Origin: Spirochaetaceae bacterium
GTDB taxonomy: Bacteria > Spirochaetota > Spirochaetia > Treponematales > Breznakiellaceae
Assembly: GCA_031282435.1 (NCBI GenBank)
Contig: JAITDS010000015.1
Location: 1 to 38,674 of the forward strand
Length of the DNA: 38,674 nt
Reading direction: 5' to 3'
Part shown: piece after piece, positions 9,010 to 15,611 of the stretch
Layout: each line of letters opens with the position of its first letter
How positions within the stretch are numbered: the stretch's first letter is position 1
The notes under the pieces: generated by a model
Seen by the model: only the letters and a program-made list of their open reading frames with translations
Database searches by the model: none
What the model was told of the DNA's origin: nothing
Program-made: the position numbers and the translations under genes

Positions 9010-10548
9010 ATGTTTGAAGAAGGTTATTCACCGGAAACTTATAAATTCCCTTCAAACAAGCTGCTAAGTTCAATAAACACAGCTTATATAACATTTGACG
9101 CGGAGTTTGAAGATGATGCGGAGACTGCGGGAAAAAAGGAAAAACTTGACGGCCTGATAAACGATATAACTCAAAATATCAAAAACGCCAATTATGACGA
9201 TGAGTTTCTTGTAGGTTCCGGCCAAGCCACGAACCAAGACAGCGCGGAAAAAGCGGCTACATTGAACGCCGCAATATTAGCGGCTTATGAAGCTATGGCC
9301 GGAGAGGAAAAAGAAATCACGGTTGATCTAGACGAATACGAAGTAGATGAGGATAGCGGCAAGTATGTGTATTTGGTAAACGGGGAAAGAGTAGTATATG
9401 ATGATAATGCGGAAATACCTGAGGGGGCCGAACTAATACCTATTACGGTACAGATAAAATACGTTGAAGTTGACCCTAATGCAATAGAGGCGGCTTTAGC
9501 AACGCTTGAAACCTTAGCCAATAATGAGGATTACCAAAATCTCGAAGGCTATGCGCCCAGCGCTATCAGCATACCGTCGGGGGAGAAGGTTTATCATTCC
9601 GTAACCATTGTAAACGACGGCACGTACGAGATTGAAATTACCGGGGCCAGCGGCGGCCACATCTGGACGCGGGACGGTTATCCGGCTTTTGGAGGCAACG
9701 GCGGGCATATAATTGCGCGAAAAATGTTTAATGCCGGAGACGTGATAAAATTGCGTATTGGGCAAGAAGGTGTTGGAAACGCAAATTACTCAGCCGGCAA
9801 CTTGGCAAAAAACGACAGGATAAGCTACGGGGCCGAAAAAACGGGCGGATGGCCTAACGGTGGCAACGGTGGCGCATCCAAAGTCAACACAGCCTCTTCA
9901 TCCGGCGCAAGTGGCGGCGGAGCAACGGAGGTGTATTACGCGGGGAACAGTAGCGAAAGCAATTCTGCTGTGAAAATCCCGGATAGCACATTGACCAGAA
10001 GCGATCTTGTTTTGGTAGCCGGCGGTGGTGGCGGCGCGGCGGAGGGGAATGGCATTAACAGTAAGGGGCAAGGACACCCCGGTGTAAACGGCGGGGATGC
10101 GGGACCTAATCCTGTTCCCGCGATAAAACGAGGCACCGTAATTCAAAGCAACCATCTGGAAAGCTACAGTTTTCCGGGCGGCCTTTTACCGCCTTATGCG
10201 TACATAACGTCCGGCGACAGATCCATGCTTCATACCGCCAATTTGTGGGAAAATCCCTATTCTTACAGACAGTATGCGTCCCCAGATGAAACCGTATTCA
10301 CCGGCAACAACACAGGACAGGGTGTTTCCCCGACTTACAGGGTTTCTCCGCAGGAAGGTTTGGGTGGCGGCGGCGGTTTCTATGGCGGCAACGCGATTAA
10401 GCATGATTCAGGTCTTGCCGGTTCCGGCGGCGGCGGTTCCAACTATGTCAGAGAAGGATACAGTATAGAAGCGGGGACTAACGGCGTTTCGCCAAGCTAC
10501 GGTAACGGAGCGTTCTCAATAAGATATATTTCTGAAAGTCCTAACTAA
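9010..10548 (+). CDS. Protein with an ALK/LTK-type glycine-rich domain (Pfam Gly_rich-like) after an acidic N-terminal region
   Basis: 512 aa. The C-terminal ~320 aa carry blocks YEIEITGASGGH, FGGNGGHIIARKMFNAGDVIKLRIGQEG, SGASGGGATEVYY, LVLVAGGGGGAAEG, GLGGGGGFYGGN and GSGGGGSNYV. These follow the order and spacing I recall for the ALK glycine-rich domain. There is no signal peptide and no obvious SD. Confidence 0.55.
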   Translation: MFEEGYSPETYKFPSNKLLSSINTAYITFDAEFEDDAETAGKKEKLDGLINDITQNIKNANYDDEFLVGSGQATNQDSAEKAATLNAAILAAYEAMAGEEKEITVDLDEYEVDEDSGKYVYLVNGERVVYDDNAEIPEGAELIPITVQIKYVEVDPNAIEAALATLETLANNEDYQNLEGYAPSAISIPSGEKVYHSVTIVNDGTYEIEITGASGGHIWTRDGYPAFGGNGGHIIARKMFNAGDVIKLRIGQEGVGNANYSAGNLAKNDRISYGAEKTGGWPNGGNGGASKVNTASSSGASGGGATEVYYAGNSSESNSAVKIPDSTLTRSDLVLVAGGGGGAAEGNGINSKGQGHPGVNGGDAGPNPVPAIKRGTVIQSNHLESYSFPGGLLPPYAYITSGDRSMLHTANLWENPYSYRQYASPDETVFTGNNTGQGVSPTYRVSPQEGLGGGGGFYGGNAIKHDSGLAGSGGGGSNYVREGYSIEAGTNGVSPSYGNGAFSIRYISESPN

Positions 10549-10675
10549 TAAGAATAATCAATCCAAGCGCCTACGCGCTTGGATTATGACTGCGGCTTTT
10601 TCCCGCCTGCCGACTGCTCACTAGCGGCTTTGTAAGGAGCAAGCCTCGTAAAATCAAAACCGCGTACGCGGTTTT

Positions 10676-10860
10676 GGCTAAGCAAGCGCGTAGGCGCTTG
10701 CGCCGCGCAAGCGATTGTAGGGGTGCGGAGCAGACACGGCGCCCCCTGCGGGGGCGGCGTGGCCGGAGCGCGAAAGCGCGCAACCCCGAAAAGCGCGGTT
10801 TTTGCCTGCGGCATCTGCCGCAGGTGAAAATGCGCCCGAATTCTGATCATCTAATTTAAG
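10676..10860 (-). repeat. REP-like multi-hairpin element, copy 2
   Basis: Core CGCCGCGCAAGCGATTGTAGGGGTGCGGAGCAGACACGGCGCCCCCTGCGGGGGCGGCGTGGCCGGAGCGCGAAAGCGCGCAACCCCGAAAAGCGCGGTTTTTGCCTGCGGCATCTGCCGCAGGTGAAAATGCGCCCGAATTCTGAT. Two further hairpins at 10560-10585 and 10654-10676 precede it. Confidence 0.85.
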
Positions 10861-10918
10861 CGTATACCCTGTAATAACTCCTCTTTTCATTTGTAAAATT
10901 TTTGTGTATAGTATTTTT

Positions 10919-11809
10919 ATGGCGACTTTACGTGATATTCGCGTGCGCATGAAAACTATCGCGCAAACTCTCAAAGTTACAAAAGCGATGAACCTTATTT
11001 CTACAGCCAAGTTGCGGAAAGGGCGGCGTTTGCTTACGGATACCGAGCCGTATTTTAATCGTATACAAAGGACAATGGCGAATCTGTTGCATAGCGCGGG
11101 TCATGTTGAAAGCTCCTATTTTGATGAAAAAAAAGAAGGGCGTACCTGCATCATCGCCGTATCAAGCGATAAAGGGCTTGCGGGCGGTTACAACGCCAAT
11201 ATTTTTCGTTATGTTTTAGATGTATGCAAAAAAGTCAACACCCCTATACTTATACTAATTGGAAATATAGGGCAGCGTTATTTTGTTAATTCGCCGTATA
11301 TGACGCTGGAGACTTTTTCCTTTGCCTCTCAACTGCCTACGCTTGAAAAGGCTCGTGAGATTTCGGAATATGTTATTTCTCAGTTTGAGTGGGGCGTATT
11401 CAGCGAAGTTAGAATAGTCTATACCCATATGTACAACACGCTTAGACTATCGCCGGCTGAGCGTATATTGCTTCCTTTTAACGAAGAGCGAATGCGCCTT
11501 GCCTCTTCTAACTCTGTATTCGCGGAAGTGGAAAAGAAAAAGCCGCTTAATTTTGAATATATTCCGTCTCCTGAAGCGGTTTTTAACGCATTAGCGCCTC
11601 AATATATAACGGGGCTTGTCTATGGATGTCTTGTTGAGGCTTACGCCAGCGAGCAAAGCGCCCGCATGAGCGCTATGGACGAGGCGACTAAAAATGCCCG
11701 TGATATTCTTGATAGACAAAAGCTTTTTTATAACCGTACACGTCAAGCAAGCATAACTCAGGAAGTTACCGAGATTGTGTCCGGTTCATCGGCCTTGACG
11801 GACGCATAA
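10919..11809 (+). CDS. atpG: F1-ATPase gamma subunit (solitary)
   Basis: MATLRDIRVRMKTIAQTLKVTKAMNLISTAKLRKG..., SSDKGLAGGYNAN, and the C-terminal ASEQSARMSAMDEATKNA...YNRTRQASITQEVTEIVSG are all hallmarks of AtpG. The ATG at 10919 is preferred over the GTG at 10904. Confidence 0.85.
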   Translation: MATLRDIRVRMKTIAQTLKVTKAMNLISTAKLRKGRRLLTDTEPYFNRIQRTMANLLHSAGHVESSYFDEKKEGRTCIIAVSSDKGLAGGYNANIFRYVLDVCKKVNTPILILIGNIGQRYFVNSPYMTLETFSFASQLPTLEKAREISEYVISQFEWGVFSEVRIVYTHMYNTLRLSPAERILLPFNEERMRLASSNSVFAEVEKKKPLNFEYIPSPEAVFNALAPQYITGLVYGCLVEAYASEQSARMSAMDEATKNARDILDRQKLFYNRTRQASITQEVTEIVSGSSALTDA

Positions 11810-11839
11810 CCGTTTCTTCATGACAGCGGACCGGCAGTA

Positions 11840-11951
11840 GCGTTGTTTGGAAACCTCAAATTGCCGAACAAGTTCCGGTTGAAAACGCAAAATGTCCGTA
11901 TTTTGCAGGACTTGCAAGCTAGGCGGCAAGTAACCGGTTAGCGAATAAGTC
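11840..11951 (-). mobile_element. MITE-like element, diverged copy
   Basis: GCGTTGTTTGGAAACCTCAAATTGCCGAACAAGTTCCGGTTGAAAACGCAAAATGTCCGTATTTTGCAGGACTTGC...CGAATAAGTC aligns by eye with the reverse complement of 24736-24846. TA precedes it; CA follows it. Confidence 0.6.
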
Positions 11952-12060
11952 CAATATATGCTTTTTCCAAACAGTAACGGGGTGGTGAACGGCGAGGACA
12001 TCCGGTAAAAACACCTTGATAGTTAAGCGTATTTTCAAACATTTTATTTATAGAGCATAT

Positions 12061-13335
12061 ATGAAAAGGTTTACTTATTTTTATTGTATACTTTTTTTAG
12101 CCGCTGTCTCCGGCGGCTGGGCTATAGATTCGGACAGCGACTTTTACAGCTCTATAACGGATTACCTTGAAAGTATTTACGGAATAGAGGACAACGCCGG
12201 ATTAACCGCGTTTCCTATACTGAACATTCCAATAGGCGGACGCTCCGAAGGCATGGCGGGCGCTTATTCCGCTGTCGCGGATGACGTTTCATTTATCGAA
12301 TGGAATCCCGCGGGTTCTTCAATGCTGAACATATCCGAATTAGCTTTTTTCCATAACAATTGGATTGCGGACACTAAGATAGAGGCTCTAGCCTACTCGA
12401 CGAGATTTAATCAGTTGGGATTGGGCGTAAGCGGTAAATGGCTGTATACGCCATTCACCCAGTACAGTTATTTTGGGGAAAGACTTTCTAAGGGATACTA
12501 TTCCGAGGCTGTTGCCGTGCTGAATGCTTCATACAATATGCTTTCCGGCTACTATTTTGGAGGAGTATCCGTAGGGGTCAATTTAAAAGGCGCTTTTCGT
12601 TCAATGCCGGATTATGCGGACGAAACGGGGCTGGTAAAATCCGGTTCAGGAAGCGAGCAGTCGGCGGTTGCGGTCATGGTGGATATTGGCGCGCTTACCC
12701 GCTTTAACTTATTTAAATTTTATAATTCGCGTGAACGCAATGCTTCCGCCGCCCTTGTGCTGCGCAATCTTGGGGCTCCGGCTCTCGGCGACCCGCTTCC
12801 CACCGTTGCCGTTTTAGCCGTTTCGTATAGTCCCATACGCCCCGTTCTAATGTCGTTTGATTTCTCCCTGCCGATTAATATGCTGAATTTAGATCTGTCC
12901 GGTAAACCTTACTGGGCGGCGGGGCTTTCCATAACGGCAACGACATTTTTATCAATGCGGGCGGGACTTTTAATGAAGGCCGGCAACATACGCGCCGTGA
13001 TAGGCAGCGCCATAGACCTTCAATACGTCAACTTGGATGTAAACTATACGCTTGATTTGCTTACGCAGTTACAGCCGCTGAATCGGGTAGCGCTTGGCGT
13101 CCGTTTTAATCTGGGCGACAACAACCGTAAATCAAAAAGCGAGCAGGTTGACGAATACTATCTTGCCGGACTTGAGGCTTACTCCCAATCCAACGATGAC
13201 GAGGCCCGCGCGTTGTTTAGTAAAGCGTTGGAAATAAATCCGCGTTTTGAACCGGCTAAAGAAGCGCTAAAAGCCCTTGATGAGTATGAAAAATTGAGCG
13301 ACCGTATTGAACGAATGGGCCGTCTTGAATATTAG
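12061..13335 (+). CDS. Putative outer-membrane beta-barrel protein (FadL/PorV/UPF0164-like) with a C-terminal TPR-like tail
   Basis: A signal peptide MKRFTYFYCILFLAAVSGGWA is followed by the motif GGRSEGMAGAYSAVADDVSFIEWNPAG typical of this OMP class. The sequence then shows alternating beta-strand-like segments. The last ~70 aa (YYLAGLEAYSQSNDDEARALFSKALEINPRFEPAKEAL) look like a TPR. Confidence 0.5.
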   Translation: MKRFTYFYCILFLAAVSGGWAIDSDSDFYSSITDYLESIYGIEDNAGLTAFPILNIPIGGRSEGMAGAYSAVADDVSFIEWNPAGSSMLNISELAFFHNNWIADTKIEALAYSTRFNQLGLGVSGKWLYTPFTQYSYFGERLSKGYYSEAVAVLNASYNMLSGYYFGGVSVGVNLKGAFRSMPDYADETGLVKSGSGSEQSAVAVMVDIGALTRFNLFKFYNSRERNASAALVLRNLGAPALGDPLPTVAVLAVSYSPIRPVLMSFDFSLPINMLNLDLSGKPYWAAGLSITATTFLSMRAGLLMKAGNIRAVIGSAIDLQYVNLDVNYTLDLLTQLQPLNRVALGVRFNLGDNNRKSKSEQVDEYYLAGLEAYSQSNDDEARALFSKALEINPRFEPAKEALKALDEYEKLSDRIERMGRLEY

Positions 13336-13407
13336 CCCGCCGGCAGGCCGCCAACGGCCTTCCTCCTTTGCTTTCAGCAAGAAAAAAGCGTTGTTACGAG
13401 GCGTATG

Positions 13408-13592
13408 CTTAGATTCGATAATCAAAATTCGGGCGCATTTTCACGCCGCTTTAGCGGCGCAAAAACCGCGCTTTTCGGGGCTGCGCGCTTTCGCGCTCCG
13501 GACACGCCGCCCCCTGCGGGAGCGGCGTGTCTTGCTTCGCAACCCCTACAATCGCTTGCGCGGCGCAAGCGCGGACGCGCTTGCCTTAGTTA
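13408..13592 (+). repeat. REP-like multi-hairpin element, copy 3
   Basis: CTTAGATTCGATAATCAAAATTCGGGCGCATTTTCACGCCGCTTTAGCGGCGCAAAAACCGCGCTTTTCGGGG...CCCCTACAATCGCTTGCGCGGCGCAAGCGCGGACGCGCTTGCC. Confidence 0.85.
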
Positions 13593-13776
13593 AAAACACG
13601 GGAACAACAAACACGCCCGCATTCCGCAAATTCACAAGCGGGAATTACCGCCGGACGGCGGCGGCGGCTTGCGAATCGGCGTTAAAAATTATAGGCTGAT
13701 TACGCGGGTTGTTGGCCATTTTGCATTAGGTTTTCGGCACGTCTTGAAAGCCGCTCCGCAAATTGGGAGAAGCAAT

Positions 13777-15246
13777 ATGCTTAATGTAAATAATAATACG
13801 GCCCAGATTAAACGTGAGATTTTAACGCGAATAGCAAAACTTCAGCTTGCGGGAAAACTGGCCGACGAGATACACTACATTCCACGCGAAATTATACCTA
13901 ATAAGGCTAATCCGATACGATGCTGTATATATCATGACCGTCAAATAATTAGGATGCGCGTAATAGCGTATTTAGGGTTTAGTCTTGAAGACTACGATGA
14001 TGAAAAAACGCTTGCCGAATATGTGAACGAGGCTCTTAAACGGGAAAAACCTGAGCCGCCTATGCTTACGCGGCTGGATGACGCTTGTAATTCCTGCGTT
14101 CAATCTCATTACATGGTAACAAACGCCTGCCAAGCCTGCATCGCGCGGCCATGCACCACGAACTGCGCTAAAAAAGCGATTCACATAAAACACGGACGCG
14201 CCGTAATTGACGATGAAACCTGCATAAACTGCGGGCTTTGTATGCAAAACTGCCCCTATCACGCGATTATCAAAATACCCGTGCCTTGTGAGGAAGCCTG
14301 CCCGGTGGGCGCTATATCCAAAGGCGAAAACTGTAAAGAACAGATAGATTTTAATAAATGTATCTTTTGCGGAAACTGCATACGGGAATGTCCTTTTGGA
14401 GCGATGACGGATAGAGGGCAGCTTGTCGATGTGCTAAAACATATTATCGCGGGTAAAAAAGTAAGCGCCATGTATGCTCCGGCTATTGCCGCCCAGTTTC
14501 GTGCTCTGCCCGGACAGCTTGAAAGCGCGTTGAAACAGGCCGGGTTTTCCCGCGTCTGGGAGGTCGCCGCCGGCGCCGATATTACCGCGGACAAGGAAGC
14601 GCGGGAATTTGCCGAGCGCATGGAACACAGCGAAATGATGATGACTACTTCCTGCTGCCCCGCTTATGTACGCGCCGTCCGCCTCCATGTTCCTGAGCTT
14701 TCCCCCTGCGTTTCCGGTACCAGAACTCCCATGCATTATACGGCGGAAATAGCAAAGAAGGCGGACCCCGATTGCGTAAGCGTATTTATCGGGCCATGCC
14801 TTGCAAAGCGTCAAGAAGGGCTGAATGACGAATTCGTTGATTATGTGCTTTCCATTGAGGAAATTAACGCTCTTTTTATCGCAAAAGAGATTAAGGTTAC
14901 TGAAATGGAAATGTCCGCCGGTGAAATTACGCCTACCGCGTCCGGCAGAAATTTTGCGCATACGGGAGGGGTAGCGGAGGCTGTCCGTGTCAGGCTGGAT
15001 AATCCCGAAATACTGAAACCTGCCGTTATTAACGGCTTGGATAAGGCGGGAATTAGGCAACTAAAGCATTATGGAAAAATCAAGAGCGGGGCGGTTAAGC
15101 ATACCGCTGAAACACCGAATCTTGTGGAGGTAATGGCCTGCGAATATGGATGTATCGGCGGCCCTTCGGTTATTACAAATCCCAAAAACGCGGCGTTGTA
15201 TCTTGAAAAGTATATAGCCGCCGGAAATTCCGAAGAAAAATCCTAA
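13777..15246 (+). CDS. [FeFe]-hydrogenase-like protein (two ferredoxin-type 4Fe-4S motifs plus an H-cluster domain)
   Basis: Ferredoxin motifs CINCGLCMQNCP and CIFCGNCIRECP are present. The H-cluster-type motifs are TTSCCPAYV (P1), IGPCLAKRQE (P2, with G in place of the usual M) and EVMACEYGCIGGPS (P3 variant). An ATG at 13777 with GGGAGA upstream is preferred over the TTG at 13669. Confidence 0.75.
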   Translation: MLNVNNNTAQIKREILTRIAKLQLAGKLADEIHYIPREIIPNKANPIRCCIYHDRQIIRMRVIAYLGFSLEDYDDEKTLAEYVNEALKREKPEPPMLTRLDDACNSCVQSHYMVTNACQACIARPCTTNCAKKAIHIKHGRAVIDDETCINCGLCMQNCPYHAIIKIPVPCEEACPVGAISKGENCKEQIDFNKCIFCGNCIRECPFGAMTDRGQLVDVLKHIIAGKKVSAMYAPAIAAQFRALPGQLESALKQAGFSRVWEVAAGADITADKEAREFAERMEHSEMMMTTSCCPAYVRAVRLHVPELSPCVSGTRTPMHYTAEIAKKADPDCVSVFIGPCLAKRQEGLNDEFVDYVLSIEEINALFIAKEIKVTEMEMSAGEITPTASGRNFAHTGGVAEAVRVRLDNPEILKPAVINGLDKAGIRQLKHYGKIKSGAVKHTAETPNLVEVMACEYGCIGGPSVITNPKNAALYLEKYIAAGNSEEKS

Positions 15247-15306
15247 AACCTGCCGGGGTGCGGCGAGTAATATCAAGAAATTTCCGGTTGCTTTGACAGT
15301 CAAAAA

Positions 15307-15493
15307 GGGCAACGCGCTTTGCGCGTTGCCCCGCGCAAGCGATTGTAGGGGTGCGGAGCAGACACGGCGCCCCCTGCGGGGGCGATGTGGCCGGAGCGCG
15401 AAAGCGCGAAGCCCCGAAAAGCGCGGTTTTCGCCTGCGGCAGATGCCGCAGGCGAAAATGCGCCCGAATTCTGATTACCGAATTTAAGTATGC
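15307..15493 (-). repeat. REP-like multi-hairpin element, copy 4
   Basis: It has the same core as copy 2, but the distal hairpin is TTTTCGCCTGCGGCAGATGCCGCAGGCGAAAA. It explains the spurious N-terminal extension of track ORF 15351..17882. Confidence 0.85.
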
Positions 15494-15549
15494 TTCCCGT
15501 TGGCCGATGCCCTTTTGTTGTAACCGGCAGGGCGGGGAAGCGGCTGTAC

Positions 15550-15567
15550 CCTTGAATTTTCCCGAAA
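15550..15567 (-). repeat. Copy 3 (18-nt core) of the motif TTTCGGGAAAATTCAAGG
   Basis: The plus strand reads CCTTGAATTTTCCCGAAA, the reverse complement of 3790-3807. It lies about 45 nt upstream of the rarA start. Confidence 0.55.
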
Positions 15568-15611
15568 ATCAGACTGCGGACTGTTTACCCGCGCAGTTTA
15601 ATGCTAATTTG

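Noticed and set aside
10571-10859. Several 60-130-aa ORFs lie inside the repeats: 10571..10783, 10584..10850, 10674..10859, 13307..13699, 13405..13593, 15293..15487, 24428..24643, 30635..30999 and 8505..8762.
   Set aside because: They all translate the same repeat in different frames and orientations, giving shared strings such as RAFALRPRRP and QPLQSLAR. They have no SD or start context, and the copies differ by indels that break the frames.
14434-15060. Long antisense ORFs inside confident genes: 14434..15060 (208 aa), 14259..14621, 3053..3478, 21072..21506, 36693..37145, 37246..37713, 37926..38420 and 4764..5207.
   Set aside because: These are shadow ORFs opposite well-supported genes in moderately GC-rich DNA. 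Their translations are low-complexity (Arg/Ser/Ala-rich) and carry no motifs.
15351-15611. An N-terminal 87-aa extension of the rarA ORF.
   Set aside because: It is a read-through of REP-like copy 4 and the following spacer. RarA homology starts at MYMSDLF...PLADRMRP.
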